Shown: positions 13,174-27,679, counted from the stretch's first letter. The stretch: 64,000 nt of DNA from Camelus ferus (GCF_009834535.1 NC_045696.1:74464001-74528000), one strand, 5' to 3'. Notes: a model not told the origin generated them from the sequence alone. Numbers and translations: made by a program.

Positions 13174-15954
13174 GTGGGCAGACCCTTAGGGTTCCTGTAG
13201 GAAGCTGACATATGTTAATATATCAGACATTGTGATTTTTAAGTAGAAAAAAAAAAAAAAACCATTAACTCGATCCAATTTTTAAAAAAACAGTTTCAAT
13301 GAAACAATTATACAATATAAAATGAAAACCAAAATTCTTTTAAAAAAAAAGGAAAATTCCATCATTTAGTTAATTATTTGTGGATATTAATTTTCATTAC
13401 TCAACTTTAGTTAAAAAAAGAAAAAGAAAATGTACATGCAAGTAAAACATGTTACTTCTTTATAAAGGAGTCTTGTTAATGACTTTGGGAAAGAAATAAT
13501 AATTAAGCTAATGGTACATTTGAACCACAGCAACCAAAAAAAATTTCCTGTGAATAAATACAACTTATATTGTATACATATGTCAGTTTACCAGTAGAAT
13601 ATCTAAATTTTCTTAAATGTTAAATATATTTCTGTTGTGACTATGCATACTACATATATGTCTATACATATTTATGTGGATAACTAATTTACAGGAATGA
13701 GCCAGAAGTCCCTGAGTCCCCATGCAGAAAATGGCATTTGTGACCCCTCTTCTACTTAGTGACCTTGACAACAAAAATATCATCTCTATTAAAAGCACAT
13801 GAGGGCCATTTTCAGCATTTATTATAACAAGTATAGAAAAAGGTTTGCATTTGTATGCAAAGACACGCTGAGACTGAATCCTGTATGTCCTCAGGGACTT
13901 TTGAAACACCCTGTAAAATCCACATACATATGTATAATATATTCATCACCACTCTGTGGAACTATCAGTTTTAAATTCTTAAATGCAAAATATTTTTACT
14001 TGCATTTATCTTATAATTTAGATTAGATTGTTATCTTAAACATTTGGGGGTTTTTTTTCCATAATGCAATAGTAAATGCAGTGATTCACTTCCAATTTAT
14101 ATGAACATGTCTAGAATTAGAAAATGTCCATTTAAATTCCTCATGAAAGGCATTTATATCCAAAGCTAAATTATGGTAACTTATTTTTAGAATATCATCA
14201 GATCACAGCCCCAGCTGCTGCCAACATGTGTGGTTTTATTTCATTCCTAAACACTATGTTGTAAGTAATGAAAATTATAGCAACATATAACATCAAAATT
14301 GAATAATAAAAAAAGTTATTAAAGATTCCCAGGATTTGGGGATAAATCTTATGTTGGGAGTTTTTTATCCAAAAGAAGAGATGACTTCTTCCCAATGACA
14401 TATAGTAATAGTTGGAAAGAAATTTGCTTGATATTTACCAAGGCCTCCACTATTTACTTAGTTTACATAGTGAAGCATACAATTTTACACTGATCTCCTG
14501 CCCTTTGTAGAATCCATTTCTGAAATAGTCAGCCCACAGTTCTTCAGGTGAAGGCTATGGAAGGTGAGAACTACTTTGGAGTTCTCAGGCAAATGGCAGA
14601 GCCATGTACATCAGTAGATAAAACCTATCCAAATTCACAATTGGCATAGTTATGCTATAACATATCACGTCAGGACATCACAATTTTGGACAGGCTCTAG
14701 TGCCCAAAATTCTTTTTCTTCAAAACCATGCATTGCTATGTGCTTTCCAGTAATCCTTTTCAGTTGTCCGAAATTACCATTATAACCTAAACTTGAATTT
14801 AAATATAGTGCAAAATAATATTTTTGATTTTTAATTTAGAAAAGAAACTGTGATGATTACCATTTTCTCATACTCAGAACACTTGTGTGTACCAAGTTCC
14901 TTCTTTAATCCCTGTCTAATGTTGCATTAAGTGTTTTGAGGTACTAGCTACGATTTTACTGCATGAAGATGATATAAACGCTTCCTTTGATGCATCATAT
15001 TCTTGTCGCATACTGGCTAGTTTATGAATCAGCACACAGGGAGTTCTGATTCATAAAATGCAATGCACCTATTGTGTTGATAATTTTATGGAATTAATCC
15101 AGTGACAGCTGTGATACAACTTATTTCTCAGTCGAATGCAGTTTTATTAGTTGATATACTTTTTCCACTATACACAAGTGGCTTCTTCCCTGCCATGCAC
15201 CAGTGGCGTGCACAAGCCAAAAAGCAGCAGAATGATCTGAAAAAGTGAGTACTTCTCATGGCAACCACAGCATCCAATCTGTGTACCATACCACATTCTT
15301 ACTCGTTCCCCTGTGTGAATGTATTAGTGTCTGGAAACATGTCTGTCCTGGTGTCTCCTGCAAAGCCCCTATGACATAGTGCTACATACTGCCGAGTACA
15401 TTGACTCATCTTCATCACCAGCGTGTCGATGCCAGCTGCTCATTCATAGATTCCAGAAACATCCAGAGCTAATTGCTGTCTTCAGGACAATCACAATCAA
15501 TAAAATACAGATAAGCCCTTGAAACACTGAGTCCCTGACTTGTTTAGTAACTTCATTCTACAGACTGTGAAGTGTAGAATAGTTTATATGGAAACATTTT
15601 TGTATTATGTGATTATTAGGATTGCTTATAGAGGGATTTAGCCAAGCATACGCCAGTCAATTCATTTGTAGGACATTGAACAAATTGAACAAAACAGAAG
15701 AGTTGGCCAGGTGACTTGAACTCTGAAATTGCTGGACCCCCCCCCCCCGAGAATTGCTCTTTTTGTTTCATTTAATTATTACTTCTGTGTTAAACAGTAT
15801 ATCAAGCTTTCCATAGAAGCTCAAGTTCACGCTGTCCTAGACTAACACTGTTTAAGTCAAACAGTATGGAAACAAATGTGCATTGATGAAAGGTTTGAAA
15901 GGGAAAAAGAATATCTGAGCCATCAATTCCTGGAAGAAGTAAAGTTTCTCTAGA

Positions 15955-16272
15955 CCTGTGCTGTTCAGTACAGCAGCCACTAGCCACACATGGCTATTGA
16001 GTGTTCTGTGGGTACCCCCAATTGATAAATGCTATAAATATAAAATACATATCAACTTTTGAAGATTTAGTCCAAAGAAAAATAACGTAAACTATCACAT
16101 TAATCATTTTTATATTGATTACAAGTTTAAATGATAATATTTTGGATATATTGAGCTAAATAAAATGTGTTATTAAAATTATTTTCACCTGTCTCTTTTC
16201 ACAGTTTTTAAAGTAGCTACTTGAAAATTTAAAATTACCAGACTCTCATTATATTTCTATTGAACAGCATTG
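15955..16272. mobile_element. hAT-Charlie MITE (MER33-like)
   Basis: Terminal inverted repeats c(c)tgtgctgttcagta / tattgaacagcattg, internal gccactagccacacatggctattgag, and TCTAGA-like target sites on both sides. Confidence 0.85.
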
Positions 16273-16485
16273 CTCCAGACTGTAATAGTATAAATAAATC
16301 CAGTTTGAGGGTACAAAGGAAAACTATGTGCCAGAAGATTGAGTATATCGTAGGAGAAATTGTATTCTTCTTTATGAGAATGAAATGACTTTAGCGAATA
16401 TTTTTCTCTCATAAAGAACCTTCAGAAATTTCCATTTTAACCACATCCCTGGTCGTTTTTTTAGCAAAATATAGTTCCCCCCTTC

Positions 16486-16503
16486 CTTTTTTTTTTTTTT
16501 TTT

Positions 16504-16537
<34 letters not shown>
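16486..16537. repeat. poly(T)-(GTT)n microsatellite
   Basis: Direct reading. Confidence 0.95.
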
Positions 16538-18027
16538 AAAGCACAGGGTCTTAAAACTGTGTTCCAGACATTCTTGTTAAGGGAATTTTTTTTAACTCTG
16601 CCTTTGTTTTTCTATCTGTCCCCACCTCTTAAACCTAGGCATTGGTTTGACTTTGTGTCTGATAAAGAGTAATGTCCTTGATTGGAAAAACATTCTCAAA
16701 GCTACTAAAAATAGCCTTGTTTGGGTTTCTGTTACTAACTTGAAACAATTACTTTAATTATACTCTCCCACCTGCCTTCATGTTAGCACTAGCCAAGGTG
16801 TGAACAGTAATATTTATTTCCCCATGAACAGATTCACATTTTAAAGTCTAACTATCCTGTCAGGAAAATATTTGTAGTTGCTTGGTTGACATTTAGATCA
16901 AGTCAAAGAGTTGAAAATTATCACATGGTTAATCCTTTACAGGAAGATCCACTGGGACCATTTCCAGGAACTGGGGGATGAGGCAGTACCATGAGTCCTA
17001 TTAGCTCATGAGAAATTAATTCTGTCGGTGTCCGAGTTACCATGACAAAGCTCTCAAAGGCTGAATGCATAAGTGATGCATAGTAAGATTTAGTTGTCTC
17101 ATTTTTTCAATGGATTGAATCAGTCAGCTTAGTTTTAATATGATCACTATTTTGATGCACTTGGCCCATCAAATTTCTAAACTTGGATAGGACTAATAAA
17201 CAGATAGTTTACAGAATTATGAACAAAAACCTACTTAACAAGTGATACATACTTTGAATCAACAGTCACAAATAATAAAAGGAATGTTTAAAATGCATAA
17301 AGATACATCTTTTAAAAGCCCATTTGTGTTTTTATTTATATAAAAACAAAATCTTAAATTTTTTCCTATTACTTAGATGACATAAAAAGACTGGTATATT
17401 TTTACAAATTTTTTTCTAACCAAGATTGCAATATGAGACATTTGTCAGCTGTTTATTAACTTATTAGCTTCAATGTTTTAACTTTTAAAATTATTCTTTA
17501 AATACTAAAATATTTAAAAATAAAATAGAATATTTTATTTTAAAATAAAATAATAGTTTGAGATCATCAATCTGAAGTGTAAAATTATGAAATAATGGAT
17601 TATTATCCTTTACAGACCTTGTTTTATCATCTAAAACATATTTTGTTTTGTAGTTAATACAGAGTAATATAAGTTATCACAAAGTTTAGCTCTATATTTT
17701 TAATAAAACACCTAAGCAATATACTGTTTAAAGATAAATAAACTTAGGGTTAAGTCATAAAACAAGCTATATAAACATGCACTGGAGATTAGGTAGCAGG
17801 TAGTATTTAAAAACAAAATACTCTCCTTTCATCTTGGTTAAATGTTCCCCTGTATCATATAATAATTTAATTTTTTAACATTGAAATTAAGGAAATTCAA
17901 GGTGAACTAAGGCAAATGCATTTTTAGACAAAGTTCTAAAACAGACAGTAATTCATTAAAGCTGGATGATATAGTCTGCATTTTGTTCAAAACTAAACAT
18001 AGTATTGATATAAAATAAGAACCAGGA

Positions 18028-18165
18028 GGGGGAGGGTATAGCTCAGTGGGAAGAGTGCATGACTAGTAGGCACGAGGTCTGGGGTTCAATCCACTAAAAA
18101 ATAAAATAGATAAACCTAATGAACTCCCCCCCCCAACAATTTAAATAAAATAAAAATAAATAATT
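18028..18165 (+). mobile_element. Camelid tRNA-derived SINE (Vic-1-like)
   Basis: ggggagggtatagctcagtgg head with A box 18039-18049, B box gttcaatcc 18084-18092, aaacctaat motif, C-run and A-rich tail. Confidence 0.85.
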
Positions 18166-18904
18166 CTTTTTTTAAAAATTTAGTCACTAACTCCAACTCA
18201 TATTCAAGGGGAGAAGAATTGGGCTCTACCTTTGGAAAGAATCAATTTGGTCCTGTGGTGGCTACCATTAGCCACATCAAATGACCAAGTCATAAGCAAA
18301 TTGAAGAGGTTTGACTGAATATTTCATTTACAACTGATGATTACAAGGAAGTTGTAAAGTTTCAATAGTTTTTTGAATTCTCAGCAACAAGAAGTCCCTA
18401 CATGCAAGTTCTCACCTGTCTTCTTACTTCTGTTTCCTTTTGTTTCCATGTTCATTGACCATGTAAGGGTTTTCACTCAAAATCTCCAAATTTGAATCTC
18501 TGACTTAAAATCCCCAAGTGTGATGATAGTGTTATGTCTTGAAGTGCCACTGGCCTCTCATTTGCACTGATCCTTATCCTTCTTCCAAGGATGGAGTAAG
18601 GCAGGCCCATGCCTTTATTTCTGTTTGTCTCATTAGACATTCATTCTTTGCATTCTTGACTTCTCAACAGAAGCCTTGCATTTGGAAATGTTCCTTTAGG
18701 TAGCTCTAGTTTTCCAAGCATTTAAATGATGTGACAGTGGAGGAAAATGGACTTAGATTTGTGGTTTAAAACCTGCCAGGAAATTGGCAAACATTTCTGA
18801 GGGGCACTGGCCTCTCTGTTAGTTGATCAAACCCAGCATGAAATTGAGGACGCCCATGCAATCATTCTTTTGTACAAATCACCTTTCAGTTAGACTGTAT
18901 AAAA

Positions 18905-19150
18905 TCAGTCAGCATTTATTAATCTGCTACTAATGAGATACAAACAAGTAATTGGATAAAGTCTCTACCCTCAAAGAAGTCATAGTCTAGTGGGAGAAAA
19001 GCAGATAAACATAAGGTTAGAAAACCAAGTAACACATGGGAACCTGGAGGTCCTGTGAGAGGGCCCTCGCTGCCTAGTGCCAAAGTAGGTTTCCAGACAG
19101 TGTGCCAGTAGAACAGGGTCTTTAAAGAGAAATGAGAATCTGTTGCCATT
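18905..19150 (-). mobile_element. L2 fragment
   Basis: tcagtcagcatttattaa..gtctctaccctcaaagaagtcatagtctagtgggag. Confidence 0.65.
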
Positions 19151-22100
19151 AGAAAGGCCTTTGAACTAATCTAAATATTGAGAAGAGGACAAAGAAGGAT
19201 AATAAAGGAACATTTTAAATGTAAACAAAGTGAGACAAAGGCCTTAGCACCTAATGAAGTGGGTCATTTTAATTCATTTATGGTAATCCGAATGGACCAA
19301 AATTGCAGCCATTCCAACTTAGTTATTCAAGAAAACATGGGAACCACTTCACTCACCTTCTATTATTGTTATAACATCAACGTACTCTGTACCAAAAGGA
19401 TGAAATGAGGTAAGTTCACAAAGGATTTTCAAACTGAAGGAAGTAATTCTTAGAGAAAGTCAATAAGCTGTATCCTACCCATAAACAGAGACAGAATAAA
19501 AGGCACACAATTTGGAAGTAAAACTTGAGCGAGCTATGTAGGGGATTCTGTTCAGTTTGCGATATTCCTTTATGACCTAAAAGATTTACTCATTCTCAAG
19601 TCACTGTAGGGAAATCATAAATTTGTTTGAAAATGAGAAGGGGACATGTGAAAAGCTATTCTTAGCTATATAAATAAAATAAAACAGGACTTAGTGTGGC
19701 TAAAATAATGATTCCTAAATTCATCAGACTGAAGAGAGTTCAAAATTGGACTGCTTAAGATGGATAGTTTTGTATCTTCAGTTTCTGCAGAGTCACTATC
19801 CCTCTTGGTAGCCCTTTGTTGAACCCCTCTTCTATGAAGACATTTGATTCCAAGAAATATAAGTAAGACATAGCCTCTGACCTCAGAGCTTATAAGAAAA
19901 GATTTTTTCATGATATCTCCTCTTTCGTCTTCCATATCGCCATCAAAACTGAAAAACCATCAGTTCCCAAATTACCTCTCCATGTGATCTGAAATCCAAC
20001 CCTTCATCTTCTTACCCCAAACCCTGCCGCTGTCCCCTACTCCAATCTTGGCATTTACCAACAGATAAACTGTGCTCCAGCTTGAAAAACACGGACTCAC
20101 AAAGAAATGCGTTGTTTCCTCTTTGACTTGTGTCTGTGGAAGAAAGCCAGAGGAACAGTTCAGTTATGGGAACTGGGCAGCATAACAACTCCATCAGCCC
20201 AGGTGTGACGTGTGGTCACAAATAAGACAGGAGGTGTGGAACAGACACAGGCCTTAGGAGGCAAATGCTTAGGAAAAGACTGGAGAAGCCATGCCTTAGT
20301 CCTGGATTCCCTAGGATCTCTGAACAAACCTCCTCTTTGGTGTTCTTTTCTGTCCATGCTGAGAACATATGAGAATGCCAGAGATGCTTTCTCCAGATAA
20401 TAAGGCTAAAGTCTGAATGAAGAGAGAGACTCCCCAAAGTAAGAAAAAAAAAATTCTATTACCTTTGGTAAAGCAGACTTGACTAAAAGGATAGGCCTTT
20501 CCATTAATTGTGCCTTTTCCTTTGTTTTTCCATTTAGGTGTTTATGTGGACAAAGGTTTTACTTTCTAGAATTCTTTTATCAAATTTAGACTACCATTTT
20601 TCAGTGTTTACAACTGGAAGTGCCTATAGAAATCTAATATCCCGGTCTTCTAAAACTATAGGGAATTTGGGTCTATTCCACACATCTACTCAAAGAGCTA
20701 TGATTTGGAAAAAAAACTGTTAGTCCTTTTTTTACAAAGGAATTTAATTGTATCCAAAGTAAAGAAAAAGCATAAGGGGCTTTTTGTGGAATATAAATAA
20801 TATTTATCTTTACATAATAGTTGATATTTCTCCACACTATGGCTAAGAGAATAACTAAACTTTTTTAGTTATCTATGAATAAAATCAGATTTCTTCTTCA
20901 GAGAAATAACGGCTAACAAAGAGATAGTTATGACATCACACGTGCATATTTATACGTATTTTAAAGTCGCAGTTTTGTTGGTTGTATTGAGTCTTTGCTC
21001 CGTATACACTTGAGCCTAGGCCAGGAAGACCTAGAACCAGACCTCAGATAATTTGATTCCTAGAGAAATCTGTGAGTCTTTATACCAAGTAACACCAAAA
21101 CTTACAATACTTGAAGAAATTTCTGTCTCCGTGATTTGAATACTAAAAGAAAAATGAGCATTCTCATTACTTAGCCCATGATAATGTGCACAAATTAATA
21201 TGTATGAAAATCAAATTGCCAATTCTATGTGAAAATGTTAGACTCTAGCGAAGAGCTGAGATTTATTTAAAGATAATAGTGTGAATATATAAAAGTACCA
21301 AATGTGCCTCTTGGTTTTCAGTCCCCAAAGGATCACTGAAGGTTTCCATATTCCTCCTTCAGCAATAATAGAATTGCATTTTTTTCTTCCCATATTTACC
21401 ATTATTTAGGTCTCTTGCCATCTTCCATAAGCTTTAAGCTATAATACCACTATAATATAAAAACACTGTGCCAGAGAAATAATGATGTGAAACTGAGTAC
21501 ATATAAAATATTTTGATTTGGCAATACTCCAAAACCATTTGTTATTTTGCATGTCTCTTAAAATACAGCCGTGCAAATAGGTATTTAAAACCCTAGAGGT
21601 TTTTTGACACATCTTTTTTTATAACAAGTAGAAAACTAGGCGGCTATGCCCCTTTTAAGAAAGGCCTATATAAAAACTCCCAAAAAACTAAAGACAGTTC
21701 GTTTAGGAACTAATCACTTGTGTATCTTGTGTATTTTTTCTCTTAGCCATAGAAACAGAATTTAAGGATGTTTGGATTCAAAGAGGTGCAGAGTAACTGC
21801 AAGTAAATAGTTGGCTGCCACTGATAATGAGGTCTAATAAAAATCAAACTGAAAGATTTCTGAAATTAGAGAACAAACCAATGGGGAGATATAATTGAAT
21901 TTACAGAAATCTATCCTACATACAGATTTTCACAAACATATCTACTGGATACTTGTACAGTTAATATAACATTTTCTACTCTCTCAAAATAATATTGCTT
22001 ATACACTATTGAAAGCATTCCAAGGATATGTAAGGAAGGGTGTATACCTTTAGGTGACTTGAGCTTTTTGAGAGCAGGAGAAAAAGAGCATGTATCCACA

Positions 22101-22550
22101 CACACGGATCTGTGTGTGCTCTTAGCACATAGCACTGACTGACCAGCCCTAGCCAGAATGTGTCACCTCAAGATCTGAAGTCACTGTTTCCAGACTCAGT
22201 AGGAGTTTGTCATCCAAGTAAAAGTGGGACTGGCCCTTAGGTACTGTGATTCACTAAATGTCAGTTTCTGCATATTGAAATTACAGAATAATCCTCAAAC
22301 TGTTCTAGGAGGAGAAAAAAAGCTTGAGCTTTAAAAATTAAAGTTGGCTGCATCAAAAGTATGTTGACAATGCTAAAAGCCTCACTCCCCACCCCTTTTT
22401 TTTTCTTTCTCGCCCCTACCCCATTATTTATTGATTTATTTATCTTTTTGGTAGGCTTGCTATTCTCATTTTGTTGCAAGGCTGCATTTTAATTCATCTG
22501 ATTTTGCTGTTCAACAGTGCCCTTTGACACCTGTATTCATTTGTTCTCAG

Positions 22551-22662
22551 CTGGTGAATGAACAGCAAGAAAGCAGACCCCTCCTGAGTCCCTCCATCGA
22601 TGACTTTCTCTGTGAAACCAAGTCGGAGGCAATAGCAAGGCCAGTAACGTCCAACACAGCCG
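22551..22662 (+). CDS. PEX5L: PEX5L exon 5, LVNEQQESRPLLSPSIDDFLCETKSEAIARPVTSNTA(V) (112 nt, phase 0-1)
   Basis: Acceptor ttgttctcAG, donor G|GTAATT. Contains the dileucine trafficking motif ESRPLL. Confidence 0.97.
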
Positions 22663-23744
22663 GTAATTCTTTCACTTTTAACTGATCCTCAAGGAGAGTT
22701 ACTTTTCACTATAGAAAAATGGACAGTTTCTTTCCACAGTGTGTTTTAAGTGGAGAATAATGTTTGCAACCAAATGAAACTTTGGAACATACACAGTTCA
22801 ACATAAACCGATAAATCATTTTTCATTATATAAGAAACTTCAGTGGATGTTAAAGCAACCACTTTTGCTGAACACTAGAGTACCACAGTTAGCAATGAAT
22901 CTGCTTTCAATGCCTATTTTCCGATTTACATCTTCGCATCTCAAGTCACATCACATTAGGAAATCTTTCAAACAAAAGCATCTATTTCAGAGTAAGGATT
23001 GTCAAGTTCTGGCTAGAAATATTTTGTATGACAAAAGTCCAGTAAAATTAAAATATAGACAGCCCCTTCTGGTGGATTAAAATGACAATTAAAATGTCCT
23101 AGAGAGCTGGGAGATTATCCAGCCAATTTCATTTTTTTGACATGTAAATAAGTTACTTGCTCCCTCTTACGACAATTTACTTGAACATTCTTCTGAGATT
23201 AAAGACATTCAAACAGTAAACGATCTGTATAGGCACTAATGAGCAGTCATCCCATGAGTGAATGCGGGATGTCACTGGTATCAAGCACGCCTTCTCCAGC
23301 ATCCTCTGCACTTTCCAATTCTCACTGATGCGAAAACTAAGGCACTTAGGTAGGGCCAGCCTGAGGCTGCAACAGAAGATTTGACTCGAAAGCTACTTTT
23401 CACCTTCTGGGTCAGTGGCAGCCTTTCTGCATTGATCTCGTTCAGTCAACATTCACATTCAAAGGCATGTTGTTCAAATAGGAATGAAAAAAATAATGTC
23501 CAGAATCAAAGAACACTAGTCATGCTGGACTGCAGGAGAGAATTTAATGGGGAAAGGAGAGGATAATTACCTACTGTCTTGTTAAATTCATTTCATGTCC
23601 TCAGCTTGCTGTTTCCTGGCGTGGTTTTATTGTACTTTTAAGGAAGCGAAGAAAATCACAAGTGAAGGAAACTGTGGTTTTTAAGAAATGCTAAAAATTA
23701 CAACAATAAGAGTAACGCAAGATAGAGGGCACTTTATGCGGGAG

Positions 23745-23960
23745 TGTAGTCTACAGTCTCGAGTCAAACTTTGTGATTTCTAACCCCAGCTCTGCCACTT
23801 AGCAGCTCTGTGTCCTTGGGCAAGTTTCTTAACTAAGTCTATTTCCTCATCTGTCTAATAACAGTAAGATCTATATCTCTTAGGTTACTTGGGAAGATTA
23901 AATGAAGCAATTTATGTAAGCGCTTAAGCCCATGTAAGCTCTAACAGACGTTACCATTAC
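23745..23960 (+). mobile_element. MIR SINE
   Basis: ccccagctctgccacttagcagctctgtgtccttgggcaagtttcttaac..tttcctcatctgt..aagattaaatga. Confidence 0.85.
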
Positions 23961-24529
23961 TGTGAGATAGCGGGTGAAAACTGTACACCCAACACTTCCC
24001 TTTCCAAACGCATTAACTTTCTTTCTAACACACCAGAGTAATCATTTTCCAAATTCAGCTATCACTTTGAGTAATCAAGCCAATAAAAATGTACTTGGTA
24101 CATTTTAGGCAGGACATTAAACAAGTTCAGATACTATCAGGTCAGATTCATCCTCCTTCTTTATGAAACTGGAGACCACCCCTCCAAAACTGAGCTCCCC
24201 CCAGAAAAATACAGAGGAGCCCTGTGTCTCTAATTGCCGGAAAATCCATGAGCATGGGACACACTGAGAACTTCCCACTATTCTAGGAAAAAGCTGCCAA
24301 GCCTAATTCTCAGATCTGGATTCCAGCATCCTCTGCCCTTCTCAATGATGTTAAATCTGAGTCACATAGGAAGGGCCCACCAGAGAGAGCAACACAATAT
24401 CCGACTCAAAAGCTGCTCTTCACCTTGATTTTTCTAACATATGAAGGAGAGACCTGTGAAATATTGGAGGGAAAAAAATCAAAAGAATGTGTAATTTCTT
24501 GTGATCACACTGCCTACAGTATTGTCTCC

Positions 24530-24951
24530 TGTGTTAGTTTCCTAGGGCCGCCATGACAAAATCCCACACACTGAGTGCACTAAACAACAGAGATTGATGT
24601 CTCACAATTCTAGAAGCTAGAAGTCCAAAATCAAGGTGTCAGTAGGACTATGCTCCCTCTGAAGGCGGTTGGGAAGGATCTGTTCCAGGCCTCTCCCCTG
24701 GTTTCTGGTAGTTTCTTGGCTTGTGGCAGCATAACTCTGTTGGCACACGACATTCTCAGTGGGTGCATGTCTCTCAGTACGTGCCTCGGTCTCTGTGTCC
24801 AGATTCCTCTTTTTATAGGGACACCAGTCATACTGATTAGGGGCCCACCTTGTCTGACTCATCTTAACTAAGCTACATTCTGAGGTACTAGAGGTTAAGA
24901 CTTCAACATATGAACATATGAGTTTTAGGGGAACACAATTCAATCCATAAC
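24530..24951 (-). mobile_element. MaLR solo LTR (MLT1C-like)
   Basis: tgtgttagtttcctagggccgccatgacaaa..gctagaagtccaaaatcaaggtgtcag..ggaacacaattcaatccataaca. Confidence 0.88.
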
Positions 24952-27392
24952 ACCATCCAAAGTAAGACGTCAGGAAAAATGGTATGTTGAGACTGTGGGT
25001 TTTTTATTTCTCGACCTCAGCATTCAGTGCATCTGAGTCACACAGATTTTTATCCTTAAGGAAGACTGTAGATAGTGTGTTTTTTAATCTTGAAAACTTA
25101 TTTCAAGGCACACTGTATTTTGGTAATCCCTAAGGATTATAGTTCTTTTTAAAAATCATTACAAGCCCATAATTTATATCTCAGTATGCAACATAATTCA
25201 CATTATTCCACATTTTTAAACAGAAAAATTTTCAGCATACAAACACCTTGGAATCCTAATATGGTCCAATAATTTTATAGCTAAGGTTTCTGAGCAAAAG
25301 ATACAGTTATCATTTTCTGTCCAAATTTTTACTAAATAGTAATTTTAAATGGAACATCATCATTTTATAGAACAGTATGAAATTACATTGAGCAATTAGG
25401 ACAGTCGTTGAACATTAAGTGCCTATTATATCCCAAGCATTATATATGTCGTTACACTCAAGGAATGGATAGTAAACAATCCTGGAGTAAGTATGGGGGA
25501 AAACCTGCTTCAAGTTGTACCAAGTCAATCAAGTAGAAATTTGAAGAACCTTGTATCAAGATGAGAGGTTTTTATAGCTGGCATCTTCTTCCAATGAAGA
25601 AATAAACCAGTGTGCCACTATCTTGACAACTTCTTAAATATATAAAGAATATAGTTCTTATATAAATTAACACAAAATAAACAAGATAATTGTCTCTTCC
25701 AAAGGTCAGTCAAATGACAGGTTTTTTTCTCTACTGACCCTGAAAGAACTTATCAATCTCCTACCTCATATAAGCTCTAAATTGTAATTTTATTCTTAAG
25801 TATTTCAGTTATCTTTTTTACTTTCTGTTTGTTTCTAAATTAAAGATTAACTTTGGTCATCCAATGATGATAACTTCAAGCTGATCAAATCAGGATATTT
25901 TCCAATTTTTTTGCCTTTAACATTTTAAATTATCTTTAGTTCATCAGTAATCTAGATAGGTAACTAATTCCTTGGCCCTCTCAAGCTGTATCCCTAGATG
26001 GTAAGTAGGCCAAGATCATTGCTAATATCCTTGATTTTTAATGGCAAATAAATATATATTATATACTGATACATAGAGCAAATGCTCTGAAAGTAACTAG
26101 AAAGTAGCTGTTTTTAAGATACTGATTATATTATAGGACAAGTAATTACTATAAAACTTGCAATAATAACTTCTTGGTCTATAGTCTCCAAAAAGATCTA
26201 ATATATTTCAAAGTACAGGAAAGACTCTTTTCTAAAGAGCAAGAATAGGGGGTTCTTGGTTTGCATTTATCAATCTACATAATCTAAAAAAATTATCCAT
26301 AATCTTGAGCTATGAGGTGGACAATTACTATAGAAGAAATATTGTTCATGCTTTAAAAAAGAATAATATATTGGTATTATTGGTATGGGACCTGTATACC
26401 TGTCAAAGAGACCCCTATATAAAGGAAAAGCTACCCTTAACAAAGTTCACAATCCCATTAAAGCCACCTAACTGCAAAATTAGTGTAATACAAATACATT
26501 TAATTCCAAATACATTTTTATGAAGCCCAAATAGTCGTGAACCCAATGGCATGCCTCTTGAGAGAACTTAGAAATCTGGGAATTAGCCTTAATTACATAT
26601 TCCAATTAAAAGGCAAGAGTTGGTTGAATTATTTAAGTTCAATTTATCTATTTGACATCACTGGCAAAATGTTTCCTAAAGGAGTTTGCTCTGTAAGCAC
26701 TATATTAAAGAATTCCAAACTATACTTCAGTTTAAAAAAAATTTTTAAAGAATTCCATGTTTTCTGGAATGCCAGGGTAGCTTACAAATTGGGTGGCACA
26801 TTCTGTGACTACCCTGGTCAGGGCTGTCCCATGGTCTGTTCTCTCTGACCTACTCCTTGTAGATTTATTCCTTTAGAGAAAGTCACTAAAAATCTGAGGC
26901 TCATTATACTATAGTGATGTTAATAGCATTGCCATTGAAGTATCAAATCAGGGCTTCATCATATGTGCCATTGTATCCTAACTGTTGTAAGCAGCCTCAC
27001 CTCCCAAAGCCCAAGTAATGCAGTATTCATAAACATCTTCATTGCCATGTGGAGGCTTCCAGATTAATAGGCTGTGATCTTCAATCAAGTGTCCTTGAGA
27101 GAGATGGAAACAAACACTTACATAACATATTTCATCTTCTAGCTTCAGGAAATTACACCTAATGAGATTCGGTTACCAAAAAAAAGTTTCTGAGAGCACC
27201 AACTATTTAAATTATGCCTCAGACTACCCAAACTGGCAAATAATTGGTCGCTAAACAAAAAATAATCAAAGTCACATCAATAGTATCAGCACATTCCCTC
27301 CAAGTTCAGAAAAAGTCTAGAGAGGAGTGGTGAAGGGCACGGGCTTGCGGGTGGTGGGACTGTGAGTCCGGTGTGGATGCTGGCCTACCAGC

Positions 27393-27640
27393 TGTATTAG
27401 TTGCCTATTGCTGCTGTAACAAATTGCCACAAATCTAGTGGCTTAGAAAAACACAAATCTATTATCCTACAATTCTGGAGGTCAGCTGTCTTAAATCAAG
27501 ATGTCAAGAGGGCTGCATTCCTTCTGGAGGCTCTAAAGGAGAATTCATTTCCGTGCCTTTTCTAGTACCTGGAATTCCTTGGTTTATGGCCCTTTCTTCC
27601 ACCTGCAAAGCCAATAGCATAGAATCTTCAGGTTGCTCTG
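27393..27640 (-). mobile_element. MaLR LTR fragment (MLT1D/E-like)
   Basis: tgtattagttgcctattgctgctgtaacaaattgccacaaatctagtggctta..ttctggaggtcag. Confidence 0.8.
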
Positions 27641-27646
27641 TTTCCT

Positions 27647-27679
<33 letters not shown>

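Noticed and set aside
18028..18100. Possible tRNA gene
   Set aside because: A and B boxes are present, but there is no cloverleaf 3' half, and the SINE body and A-tail match the second copy at 34588.
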